A stretch of DNA of 64,000 nt, from the IMG/VR virus record IMGVR_UViG_3300034096_001156. The stretch is one strand, 5' to 3'. Below are positions 31,041 through 40,265 of this stretch, in pieces. The notes beneath the pieces are model-generated. The model made no database searches. It saw nothing but the letters and a program-made list of their open reading frames with translations, and was not told where the DNA came from. The first letter of the stretch is position 1; each line of letters starts with the position of its first letter. The translations under genes were made by a program, and so were the position numbers. The stretch comes from an uncultured virus (IMG/VR IMGVR_UViG_3300034096_001156). Lineage: Duplodnaviria > Heunggongvirae > Uroviricota > Caudoviricetes.

Positions 31041-31334
31041 CTAAAAAGAAAGGTTGCTAAGATCGCTAAATCTATAAGAAGAAGGAAACTCATCTGTTTC
31101 TTTGCCAGCAAAATACTTGACCACACTTGGGCAAGTGACATTATGAGCCTTTGTTACTTCCAGAAGTTTCGACATAACCACTTGCTGTGCTTGATTTAAA
31201 AGAAATTCATAGCAAGCATCAGCATCTTCGCCGTCTTCTGGTTTTCCATGAATATTTATACTCACATTCACAGACTCAAAGTTGCCAAGATTGACTTTCT
31301 GGCTATAATCTACCGAGATATGGGTGATAAGCAT
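31041..31334 (-). CDS. hypothetical protein
   Basis: KVNLGNFES motif; AGGAG RBS. Confidence 0.55.
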   Translation of the reverse strand: MLITHISVDYSQKVNLGNFESVNVSINIHGKPEDGEDADACYEFLLNQAQQVVMSKLLEVTKAHNVTCPSVVKYFAGKETDEFPSSYRFSDLSNLSF

Positions 31335-31464
31335 CTCTCCTCTAAAATTTGATTAATACAATCTTATAGTAGATTGCTAGAATTGTCAAGTATTTTTAAA
31401 AAAAAACTTGCAAAAAACTTACAAAAAGATAATAGTACAGAAGAACTAAGTTATTATCGTTAAT

Positions 31465-31695
31465 AGATTGTAGATAAGGATATTAACAATGAAAGTCTTG
31501 ATATATATAGGTTTCATCCTTTGTTGATACTGTTAACGCTATCCCCCAATATTATTTTTTTTACACTCTTATTGTCTAGTCTGTTTATTATTCCTTCCTT
31601 TTTATTTTTCCTCTATGATCCGTCAACGGCATTAACAAAGCCTGAAACCTAGTCAGGGTAAAGGTTTCGATTGTCGATAACCCTATTAACAATCT
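31465..31695. repeat. about 230-bp non-coding element with imperfect terminal inverted repeats, copy 1
   Basis: AGATTGTAGATAAGGATATTAACAAT ... ATTGTCGATAACCCTATTAACAATCT; homologous to 39681-39929. Confidence 0.75.
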
Positions 31696-31787
31696 GGTTA
31701 CAAAAGAACAGTAGATATATTTGATACAAAAGTACCTATAGTGACACTTGATAAACTGGCACACTTCGCCAACACCTGTCGAGAGAA

Positions 31788-32066
31788 TTGATCTATATTA
31801 GAAAAGTAAGTAAAACACACATCACAGATATGGCTAACTCCAAAAAGGTAATGACTGCTCAAGAATTTGCTGATTATATCAACCTCCGGACTACCACTCC
31901 TGAAATTTTAACTGCTGCAGAAGTAGCCCATTACAGAAGATCATATTATCTCCCAGGGTCTTTACTAACCAAGGCTTTTGCTGAAAAAATTATTCAGCGA
32001 TGGAATAGTATAGATATGGAGAAAGACGGAGATCCTTATGGGATATTGGGATGTAACACTAGATAG
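31788..32066 (+). CDS. hypothetical protein
   Basis: ORF (probable start MANSKK) followed by CAGTTATCAG. Confidence 0.5.
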   Translation: MIYIRKVSKTHITDMANSKKVMTAQEFADYINLRTTTPEILTAAEVAHYRRSYYLPGSLLTKAFAEKIIQRWNSIDMEKDGDPYGILGCNTR

Positions 32067-32111
32067 TAAATCGTCAGTTATCAGCAAACAATCATTAATA
32101 AGAGTAAAACA

Positions 32112-32366
32112 ATGGTAAATGAAAAAATGCTAATGGGTCGTAATAATTTATTAGAAGAGTCGAGAAAAACAAAAACTCAAAAAGTTAGAATAGCGTGGCA
32201 TTTTTCCAAAATTTAACTGGCAGAATTTATAGATCGTGAAAAAGAATTATCTGGACACGGAAAATGGTTTGATTATAGCGAAATAGCTACGCTCGAAGCT
32301 TGGGTTTGTAAAATGAATAAAGAATATGACGACATATTCCATTATCTTCAATTTTGTGAGAAATAG
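32112..32366 (+). pseudogene. small ORF broken by in-frame TAA (32214-32216)
   Basis: RBS-like GAGTAAAACAATG; frame continues 49 codons after the stop. Confidence 0.4.
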
Positions 32367-32437
32367 CTTGTAATTATGCCCCTAAAATTACATCTCGCTA
32401 ATCCCACTATGTCAGGCGATAATGGTCTTGATTCCAA

Positions 32438-34696
32438 TCAAATAATCGTTGCCAGTGATTCTTTAAAAGATACTGGATAACTTGAATTTTGAAAAACCCG
32501 TACTGTGTAAGCTGATTGGACTGACCCCCAATCGACTATTTGTTGTGCCTCTGTGTAAACGACGCTTCGGGCTGACGATACTGACCATTCTCGTTTTATT
32601 GTGGTTCCACTGTAAATTCTGACTACATAGCTGTCCAATTCTCCTGCTGCGTAAGCGATATCGATATAGTCAATCCAACGACCATTTAACCGCGTCCGTC
32701 GATACCAAGTAATAATTAAATCGTTATTATCTTTTTCCCCTCTTACAGCACAAGGGAAAGGCTTTAATCCTTCTAAAGTAATTGTGTGAGTAGTCTCGTT
32801 CTCTATATCAGTTTCAAGTAATCCATTAGGAACTACTTTTAATAAATATTCTCGATTAATATCAGAAAGATTTAAGGGGAATCGAACTAAAGAATTAGTT
32901 AGTAGCACAAATTTTTCCCCTATTATATGCTTAGAAATGGCTGGTTCAGTTCCTTTGACTCCACGAATTGTATATGAAATATCAAAGGTCAAGGGATTGT
33001 TGGACACAATAGTAGCATTTTTAAACGCTATAATTTCTCCGGTAGAGAACCAGCCTAATTGTTTGCCCGATAGAAAAGCTTCAAGGGTAACTGGCTCTAA
33101 TTGCCCTGAATTTATGCTTACTCGTATCCAATTTAAATCGTCAATAAAACTAGGAGAAGCGTTGTTAAAATTTGGGGAGAAGCTTAATACAGTACCAGTT
33201 ACGCTGTTGACAACATTGCCAACAGCAAAATCATAACTTAAGCCGTTGTCATCGGAATAAAATAAAGCTCCTTTCCTAAAACTAGAGTTACCTTCAATTG
33301 CCACATAAATTCCTATGTCGGTATCTTGGCTGTTAACTATTGGGCATTCAATAGGAATAACGTTAGCGCGTCCGTAGGGACGAGGAATGTTATTGTCTGG
33401 CGGAAATTCGTTATCTATAGGAATATCTGGTAAATATCCTACTCCTTGAAATCGAATAGCTTCAATTTCAATTAAATAATTTACTCCTCTTACTTTCTTT
33501 GTAATTTGCATCAATTCTTGATGATAATTGTTATTATCATTAGTAAAAATTATATCCCCAACCTTTAAATTTTCCCATGCTGGTAACAAAAACATTTTTG
33601 AAAAAGTTTTTGATTGCGTTTTCCCTAAAAAAAGAATTTTTGAGGCAATATTCATGAAAAACATATCTATATCTATTAGCTTAGTTTGAAAACTAAGCTC
33701 GTTTGTGTGAGTATCTGATGGGTCTTTAGCTACTGCGGTAATAGTCTCATAATTTTTTAAAACATTTAGCCCAGATACTGTAACGGCACTAGGAGTTTCT
33801 CTAAAATGAGTCAGTTTTTTTTCATTAATGTCAATAGGATTTTCTCCAAATTTTTTAGACCCAAAAGAGCTTTTAGGGATAAAAATAGGATCAGAAAATT
33901 GTTCTTGTCTTTTAAAAATGATTTTATCTTTTGGCTCCCTTGCCACAATAAAAAAAGCTCTCATAAGTTCTTCTAACTGATCAGCAAAAGATGTCCCGTC
34001 AAACAATAAATCAAATCCTTGAATTCGGTAATCATTAGGAATGTCAGTCACATCAATTTGATCGTCTGTTCTACTAGCTAATTTACAAATAGTTTTCAAA
34101 ATATCTTTTATTTTTGGATTGTCCCCACTTTCTCCAATCACTTCAATATCAATAGTAGGAAATCCAGTGCCGTCATAATTAGCAATCGGATAATTATTAA
34201 AAACTAAAAAAGACATTCCAGTAAAAGCAGGTACTGGGTTGGATTCTTTTGATTGAATAACAGAAGATGGTGTAGTTTGATTGCCAGTATAAATAGTTGT
34301 ATGTTCAATAAACCTTATGCTTTTTTCGTCGTTAGTTTCGGAATTGTAAACAAGGATCCTGTTCATCCAAACCCGCCTAACAGAGCCAATTTTTCTAGCA
34401 ATTGGATAAGCGGCTGTCAGAAAATAAGTGTAAACTTCGGTAGTTTGCCCACCACCACCTTTTCCGCCTTGTTTTTTGGATCTGACGACTTCCTTAAGGG
34501 GAATCCCCCACATCATAGTTAGCCCTTCTTTCCTTACCCTTCCAAAAGGATAGGATAGGCTTCTGCCGTATTCAGCATCGGGAACACCAGTATCCTCAAT
34601 TTTTCCTTTTTGTTGGGTAGGGGGTTTAGGGGCAAATAGAGATAATAATAGGTTAGCTCCGATCCCTATTGCTACGGGAATGAGAAAATTAGCCAC
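32438..34696 (-). CDS. tail tip/host-specificity protein (GTA-like, Phage-tail_3/J-like)
   Basis: AEYG..YPFGRVR, KGGGG...YTYF, RVWMN, RGVKGTE, ITWYRRTR. Confidence 0.8.
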   Translation of the reverse strand: MANFLIPVAIGIGANLLLSLFAPKPPTQQKGKIEDTGVPDAEYGRSLSYPFGRVRKEGLTMMWGIPLKEVVRSKKQGGKGGGGQTTEVYTYFLTAAYPIARKIGSVRRVWMNRILVYNSETNDEKSIRFIEHTTIYTGNQTTPSSVIQSKESNPVPAFTGMSFLVFNNYPIANYDGTGFPTIDIEVIGESGDNPKIKDILKTICKLASRTDDQIDVTDIPNDYRIQGFDLLFDGTSFADQLEELMRAFFIVAREPKDKIIFKRQEQFSDPIFIPKSSFGSKKFGENPIDINEKKLTHFRETPSAVTVSGLNVLKNYETITAVAKDPSDTHTNELSFQTKLIDIDMFFMNIASKILFLGKTQSKTFSKMFLLPAWENLKVGDIIFTNDNNNYHQELMQITKKVRGVNYLIEIEAIRFQGVGYLPDIPIDNEFPPDNNIPRPYGRANVIPIECPIVNSQDTDIGIYVAIEGNSSFRKGALFYSDDNGLSYDFAVGNVVNSVTGTVLSFSPNFNNASPSFIDDLNWIRVSINSGQLEPVTLEAFLSGKQLGWFSTGEIIAFKNATIVSNNPLTFDISYTIRGVKGTEPAISKHIIGEKFVLLTNSLVRFPLNLSDINREYLLKVVPNGLLETDIENETTHTITLEGLKPFPCAVRGEKDNNDLIITWYRRTRLNGRWIDYIDIAYAAGELDSYVVRIYSGTTIKREWSVSSARSVVYTEAQQIVDWGSVQSAYTVRVFQNSSYPVSFKESLATII

Positions 34697-34730
34697 GGCT
34701 TTTTAAAAGATAGTATTTTCTCTATTCTAA

Positions 34731-34803
34731 TAGGTTGAGTAGGAATCGAACCTACCTAAGACGAATTATGAGTTCGTTGCCTTAACCGCTCGGCCATCAA
34801 CCC
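34731..34803 (-). tRNA. tRNA with CAT anticodon, probably tRNA-Ile2 (lysidine)
   Basis: GGGTTGA-TGGCCGAGCGGTTAAGGC-ACGAA-CTCATAA-TTCGT...GTTCGATTC...TCAACCT-A; resembles cyanobacterial Ile2; no CCA encoded. Confidence 0.8.
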
Positions 34804-34808
34804 TTGAC

Positions 34809-35270
34809 CTATTTAGGAAAAAATAAAGTAGGAGAGATATTAAAAAAATCGGCTAATTTTTGAACGTGAATATCTGTTATCTCTCGCTGCCTATTAAAAA
34901 TATCATCTAGGATTGATTGATCCTCAAAAATAGATAGCAAATCTTGCTTTTGTAGGTTTCTTTCCTCTAATATGAATTTCAACAATTCAAGTCCATAAAT
35001 ATCAGGTATTGGCTCTTGATTTTCCTCATACTCATAATTTTCTTCATACTCATAAATCAAAGCTCCTAAAACACTTAAATACTCCCTTTCTTCTATTGTC
35101 AATTGAATTTTATCTAATATGATTTTATCTAAAAAAGAACTGATAACTCTTTCCGTGTTTTCTAGCCCTTCCTTGTCGTAAATAGGACGAGGAGGGTATT
35201 GTTTTAATAATTCTAAGTATTTATTTGTATCAAACATAGTGTGACTGTAATCGCTGTAACTTTTTATCAT
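34809..35270 (-). CDS. HigA-like HTH antitoxin (orphan); start probably MFDTNKY
   Basis: PPRPI...LGALIYEYE...LKFILEERNLQKQDL...KLADFFNISP. Confidence 0.8.
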   Translation of the reverse strand: MIKSYSDYSHTMFDTNKYLELLKQYPPRPIYDKEGLENTERVISSFLDKIILDKIQLTIEEREYLSVLGALIYEYEENYEYEENQEPIPDIYGLELLKFILEERNLQKQDLLSIFEDQSILDDIFNRQREITDIHVQKLADFFNISPTLFFPK

Positions 35271-35310
35271 AGGTCAAGTCTTTGATTTTGTCAATATGTT
35301 TGATTCTAAG

Positions 35311-35392
35311 TGGATTGGGCTAGATTTGCACTAGCGTGGAATTACTCTACAGATTTACAGTCTGTCGCCTTCGACTACTCGGCCACCAATCC
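35311..35392 (-). tRNA. tRNA-Tyr(GTA)
   Basis: GGATTGG...ACAGA-CTGTAAA-TCTGT, long variable arm, CCAATCC-A; atypical T-loop TGCAAAT. Confidence 0.85.
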
Positions 35393-35399
35393 TTGTTTA

Positions 35400-35433
35400 A
35401 ATTTATCTTACTATAATTCTTAATGCTTGTCAA
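35400..35433 (-). promoter_or_regulatory. sigma70-type promoter for tRNA-Tyr
   Basis: TTGACA-N17-TAAGAT on minus strand. Confidence 0.6.
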
Positions 35434-35979
35434 TCATATTGGTTTTTGATTTTCTTGATTCTTTTGAGATTCTTGCAAATTAAGAAGTTGAAGCATTGCT
35501 TCTCCTGCGTCTTTACGCGCCACGCTACAAGTCCAAAGTCTTTGTTCATTGCGCTTGATAATGATAATTTCTGTATTAGAAACTAAACAAGCTAAATCAT
35601 TTTTCTGTTTTATTAGTTGATTAATAGCTTCTAATTTTTGCTTTTGTTCTAATTCAGAAACGGGTTGAAGTTTTTCTCCATACTCTTGTGTGGAGAAAAC
35701 AACAGCTAACATAGGATTTTCTAACCCCTGAAATTGAGGACGAATAATCTGCCAACTGAATTCACCATCAGGCTCTAATTCTCGATTCCAAATATTTAGA
35801 AAGGTTTCTAAATAACCTTCCAATCCTTTTTGAGTTTGACGGTTTTTATTAATATCACTGAAAAGTCCTTGATGCTGTTGAGGATAGTTTTCAACAGGTT
35901 TTACTGACTCACTATCTTGAATAGAGTAAGAATGACAAGAATTAAATGGAAACATAAAGGGCATATTGATTGCTATCAA
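35434..35979 (-). CDS. hypothetical protein
   Basis: ORF; IIIIKRNEQRLWT...ARKDA motif. Confidence 0.55.
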   Translation of the reverse strand: MIAINMPFMFPFNSCHSYSIQDSESVKPVENYPQQHQGLFSDINKNRQTQKGLEGYLETFLNIWNRELEPDGEFSWQIIRPQFQGLENPMLAVVFSTQEYGEKLQPVSELEQKQKLEAINQLIKQKNDLACLVSNTEIIIIKRNEQRLWTCSVARKDAGEAMLQLLNLQESQKNQENQKPI

Positions 35980-36026
35980 GATATTAGGAAAGTTTAATAA
36001 TTTGTTGCAGATTAACTATATTAGAT

Positions 36027-36341
36027 TTATTCTCTGTAAAAATTAAGATTACACCAAAAGGAATCTTTCCAAAAATTTATCAATTTTATATTTTTTTCAG
36101 CTATTAATTTTCGCCAAAGACGAAAATTCTCAAAAAAATTATACCATCCAAAAGGAACATCTTCTCTAAGGGTAGTCCAAATAATAGGTAAATAGCTGTC
36201 GATAGGTTTATAAAGTTTGTTACAAACATAAATATAAAAACCAAAAGACAAAGTGTAAAACAACCCTTTGGTGATTAACATAAATCCCCACACAAAAATT
36301 AAAAACAAATTCAAGATTAAGGCTATCGGTTTTATTTTCAT
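36027..36341 (-). CDS. membrane hypothetical protein
   Basis: Hydrophobic N-terminus. Confidence 0.5.
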   Translation of the reverse strand: MKIKPIALILNLFLIFVWGFMLITKGLFYTLSFGFYIYVCNKLYKPIDSYLPIIWTTLREDVPFGWYNFFENFRLWRKLIAEKNIKLINFWKDSFWCNLNFYRE

Positions 36342-36618
36342 TTTTGGCCTTCAACAGATTTTAAAGTTATTACTATATTACTTTACTACAATTAAAGTTA
36401 TTTGTCTATAACTTTGATAAAAAAATAAATTAGATTTACTTTTTCCGATGTCAGTGTTTTGATTTTCATTAAGATTTCTACTAATTTATCCTTAAGTTCT
36501 TTTTTAGTGGGTTTTGTGTTAGTTGGTTTATAAATGAAAGTTTTAGCACTTCTATCTTGTTCTATTTTAGTCAAAGTGTATTTTTCCATGATCATAGTGC
36601 CTTCTTTTATGTGTAGGT

Positions 36619-37074
36619 TTATCTTAATATATCTAGCCCTCGATTTCTGATTCTTTGAGCAAAGTCTTTATTAAATACTTTTGATTTTTTAATCACAGTA
36701 ATCTGATTGCTTGGCCAGTATTCTAGCAGAAAATCAACGAGTTCTATTGAAGTTGTGTGTATTCTAGCTTCTTTGCTGTATCCTTTTAGTAATTGGTAAA
36801 AAAGAAATAGTCCACTAAGCAGGTCTTTTTCAATTACCCAAAATACTAATTTAATTAATGTATTGCTAAGTCGCCAGTGTTTTAGAAGTTGGCATAGTTT
36901 TGTTTCCTCTAATTGCCAGTAACTGAAAAAATCTAAAACATTAGAGATTACTGGGTAGTCGCTTCTACTTACGAAGTCAGATACTAGAGCATCGATTGCT
37001 TCTAGAGATTGACACATCCCAATAGATGCAATCGATAACCCCTCTAATTTATATCCTGAGATAATTTGTAGCAT
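36619..37074 (-). CDS. hypothetical protein
   Basis: ORF downstream of tnpB. Confidence 0.5.
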   Translation of the reverse strand: MLQIISGYKLEGLSIASIGMCQSLEAIDALVSDFVSRSDYPVISNVLDFFSYWQLEETKLCQLLKHWRLSNTLIKLVFWVIEKDLLSGLFLFYQLLKGYSKEARIHTTSIELVDFLLEYWPSNQITVIKKSKVFNKDFAQRIRNRGLDILR

Positions 37075-37146
37075 GGTTTTGGAGTTTTGTTTTGTTTTCT
37101 TGCCTTAGTTTGCCTTGCCTTGTCTTGTATTTGTTTCCTTGCAATC

Positions 37147-37345
37147 TACTTAACAAGTCAAGCCGATTGTTACCCAGTCTCCCAGAGTGTAAGCTGCGTA
37201 TAGCCTGCGTTGACTGTTTGCGCGGGTTGCGAGTGGATCGACCTTTTCCTTGTTTTTTTCTTGGGTGTCACTGGCTCGGAGGTCAAAACCAGTAAGGTTT
37301 CGAGGGTTTCTTCGCCAAGTAACAATCGGCTGGACTTGTCAAGTA
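37147..37345. repeat. 27-bp inverted repeat (25/27) enclosing the tnpB tail
   Basis: 37147-37173 TACTTAACAAGTCAAGCCGATTGTTAC vs reverse complement of 37319-37345 TACTTGACAAGTCCAGCCGATTGTTAC. Confidence 0.9.
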
Positions 37346-38873
37346 ATTCCTCCTGCGCTGATTCCTTATCGAAATCCTTCAGAGGCTTAACTTCCCCGGT
37401 ACAAGCCGGGTAGCTTCTTACGAAGTCTGCTTTCCCTAAGATGTTGATTGCGGCGGCCACATCTCTGGGTAAAGTACATCCACACTCTAAACATTTATGG
37501 GTGCGGGTTGATAAACTTTTTTTAACACGATTGCCACAGCGAGGACAATCCTGACTGGTGTAAGCTGGTTGAACTTTGATAAACTCTCGGTTGGGAGTTT
37601 TCATTTTCGTTTCAAGAAAACCGGTTAATTGTCCTAAACTAGCATCAGCAAAGGATTTATTTAATCCCCCTTTGGCTTTTGCGTTATTGCGTTCGTAGCC
37701 TTTACCGTCTTCTCTTTTTTTCGGTTTAGGTCGTCGCATTAAATTCTTTAAGTTGAGGTCTTCTACGGCTACAGCGCCATGATTTTTGACAATATCGGTA
37801 CTTAGGGCATGATTAAATCCTTTGCGTTGTCTTGCTATTTTTTCGTGAGTTTTGGCAACTTTAGCACGAGTTTTAGCGAGATTTTTGCCGTTTTTATTTT
37901 CCCCTGCTTTATACTGTCTAGCGGTTTTTCTTTGCAGTCTTGCTAGTCTTTTTTGCTGTTTTCTATAGTATTTGGGCGGGTCAATTTGTTGTCCGTCGCT
38001 GGTACTAATTATATATTCTAGTCCTACGTCAATACCGATTGCTTTATCGGAATCAGGTAGATCATCTACTTCAAATTCACCAAATAGACTTAGATAATAT
38101 CCCGATGGGTATTTGATAATTGATACGGTAGAGGCTTTTCTGTCACCCCATCGAATGTCTAAAATATTGTTGATAATCTTTAAATCGCCTAATGTTTTAC
38201 TACAGCTACCTATAGATATTTTATCCCCTTTTCTAACAGCGCAATTGCTGATCTCAGAATAAAGAGATTTAATTTTATCTTCTTTTCTTTTAAATCTAGG
38301 AAGTTTTCTGTCTAAATTCTTTTTATCGAGTTTGGTGTAAGCTTTCCAGGAATCAGCAAGCTTTTTTAAAACCCCTTGGACAAAAGCCATAGGGATGTCC
38401 TTGCATAGTTCTGGACATTTTTCTTTTGTAATACAGCCACATAACCCAAAATAATTATCAGATTTTAACCGCCGTTGAATAGGGATATGAACAGGATAAG
38501 AGTAACCTGCTTTTTGTCTTTTTTCTCTAGCTATCTGTATTTTAACTTTTTGCTTGCCAGTTAAATATTTGGGGGTGTAAAGGGGATTAGGAAGGGATTT
38601 ACCTTTTTCGTTTTTCAGGGAGTCAATAAATTGAGGTTTTTTAGCTAAACGACGTTTAACCCGTTTAACTGGTTTTCCTGTTATTTGCTCAAGCTCGTCG
38701 TAATACTTATTAAGCTGATATTCCATCAGTAGCTCTAGCCCAAAATTCCAGACAGCTTTAAGCTCGTCCATCCAGCGATCAATATAGGTTCGCTGAGTGG
38801 CATTAAGGTTAAGTTTTATGTCCGCAATAGTTTTCTTGACTAGCATGGCTTTTATGGATCGACCTTCTTTCAT
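37170..38873 (-). CDS. tnpB: IS200/IS605-family RNA-guided nuclease TnpB with insertions and C-terminal extension
   Basis: N-terminal OrfB HTH-like; RuvC-I IGIDVG, RuvC-II VEDL, CPRCG/CLECG, RuvC-III RDVAAAINI. Confidence 0.9.
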   Translation of the reverse strand: MKEGRSIKAMLVKKTIADIKLNLNATQRTYIDRWMDELKAVWNFGLELLMEYQLNKYYDELEQITGKPVKRVKRRLAKKPQFIDSLKNEKGKSLPNPLYTPKYLTGKQKVKIQIAREKRQKAGYSYPVHIPIQRRLKSDNYFGLCGCITKEKCPELCKDIPMAFVQGVLKKLADSWKAYTKLDKKNLDRKLPRFKRKEDKIKSLYSEISNCAVRKGDKISIGSCSKTLGDLKIINNILDIRWGDRKASTVSIIKYPSGYYLSLFGEFEVDDLPDSDKAIGIDVGLEYIISTSDGQQIDPPKYYRKQQKRLARLQRKTARQYKAGENKNGKNLAKTRAKVAKTHEKIARQRKGFNHALSTDIVKNHGAVAVEDLNLKNLMRRPKPKKREDGKGYERNNAKAKGGLNKSFADASLGQLTGFLETKMKTPNREFIKVQPAYTSQDCPRCGNRVKKSLSTRTHKCLECGCTLPRDVAAAINILGKADFVRSYPACTGEVKPLKDFDKESAQEELLDKSSRLLLGEETLETLLVLTSEPVTPKKKTRKRSIHSQPAQTVNAGYTQLTLWETG

Positions 38874-38921
38874 TCTTATTTAAATATACCATAAGCTTTA
38901 TAGAAATGTCAAGTAAGAAGT

Positions 38922-39290
38922 CTAAAGATTTTTTGGGATACCAGTTCCCACATCAGAACCTATAGCCCAACCCTTATAAAAGTTAAAGGCAGTAGTATCA
39001 ATATGAAGTAAAAACCCTATAGCTTCCCAACAGTATAATAGTCTTGGCGCGTCAAGAATCTGAACCGTATAATTTAATCCTGTTTCAGTGATGATAAATT
39101 TTTCAAAAATCCCTGGGGCAACTAAAACAGAACAATAGTTAGTGTCGTCAAATTTACCAGACTTTTTGGCTAATTCAGAAGTAATTGCGATCAAAATTTC
39201 TTTTGTAAGTAATCTTTCTTGCGATATATTGCAACTATCTAAGTTAGTCCAAGCGGTAAATTTAACATAATTAGATCGGGAATTAAACAT
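38922..39290 (-). CDS. hypothetical protein
   Basis: ORF between duplicated promoter-like sequences. Confidence 0.5.
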   Translation of the reverse strand: MFNSRSNYVKFTAWTNLDSCNISQERLLTKEILIAITSELAKKSGKFDDTNYCSVLVAPGIFEKFIITETGLNYTVQILDAPRLLYCWEAIGFLLHIDTTAFNFYKGWAIGSDVGTGIPKNL

Positions 39291-39357
39291 AACTTATAGT
39301 AGAAAAAGGTGCTAAACTATATTTGACTTACTTAAATCTACCATAAGCTTACTAGAA

Positions 39358-39498
39358 ATGTCAGATAAAAATTATTATCCTCTTAACGTCCGTACATCAG
39401 AATCAGAAGAGAAAAAGCTAAAAAACTACTGTAAAGCCCGGAAGCGGTCAATAACCGATGTAGTCCGGGAATTGATTAGAAGTTTACCCGATGACTAA
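39358..39498 (+). CDS. 46-aa RHH/CopG protein (not in ORF track)
   Basis: MSDKNYYPLNVRTSESEEKKLKNYCKARKRSITDVVRELIRSLPDD. Confidence 0.7.
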   Translation: MSDKNYYPLNVRTSESEEKKLKNYCKARKRSITDVVRELIRSLPDD

Positions 39499-39680
39499 TC
39501 AAGGGTCTTCACCCCGACATTCAAGATTAAAAGGACAGTTCATAGACTGGCACTTTTAACTTTATTCCCCAATTAACAGTTACTTGACGATTTTAGTGAG
39601 AAGAAAGAAATAGTTAAAGAGAGAAGATTAAAATAATCCTCTCTCTTTTTTAGTGTCCTATGCTGGCAGTCATTGTTAGT

Positions 39681-39929
39681 TTGTAGTTAGATTGTAGATA
39701 TTGTTATTAACAATAGAACCCTTGATATATATAGCTTCTAGACTTTGTTGATACTGTTGACCCTATCCCCCGATATTATTTTTTTACGCTCTTATTGCTG
39801 AGGCTGTCTTCCCCCTTTACCCTATTTTCTTTTTTTCTCTATACGACATCAACGACATCTACAAAGCCTGAAACCTAGACAGGGCAAAGATTTCGATTGT
39901 TAACAACCTTATTAACAATCGAATTACAA
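39681..39929. repeat. non-coding inverted-repeat element, copy 2
   Basis: Shares CTTGATATATATAG, TTTGTTGATACTGTT and ACAAAGCCTGAAACCTAG with copy 1. Confidence 0.75.
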
Positions 39930-39953
39930 TCTAACTTCCCACGGTATCGCCTC

Positions 39954-40247
39954 TTAGTTACGAGGAAAAAACTCTGGACATCTTTTTTTAGCGTTGACAA
40001 AGATTTTCCTTGTTCTTTCGTTGATAAAATAATCACGCCAAATATTAATTGGTTCGTACTGTGACCTCGAACTACTGTTCTGTTCAACGGCATATCTAAT
40101 CGCTCCCATAGTTTCTCCCAGTGTCAGTCCAGACTTGAGATACTGACAAGTTCTTTCCTCAAGTATCTCTTGAGTCTGATTATCGAGAGACAGTGCCACG
40201 GTAGGCATCATTCCTAAAAACAATAAGCTTAAAACAATCTTTCTCAT
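39954..40247 (-). CDS. secreted hypothetical protein
   Basis: Signal peptide MRKIVLSLLFLGMMPTVALS; C...CP pair. Confidence 0.6.
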   Translation of the reverse strand: MRKIVLSLLFLGMMPTVALSLDNQTQEILEERTCQYLKSGLTLGETMGAIRYAVEQNSSSRSQYEPINIWRDYFINERTRKIFVNAKKRCPEFFPRN

Positions 40248-40265
40248 CGGGGTTATGGTAATTTT

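Noticed and set aside
37000..39950. CRISPR array or Cas12 system near tnpB
   Set aside because: No regularly spaced repeat-spacer units seen; no cas1/cas2; repeats are pairs only
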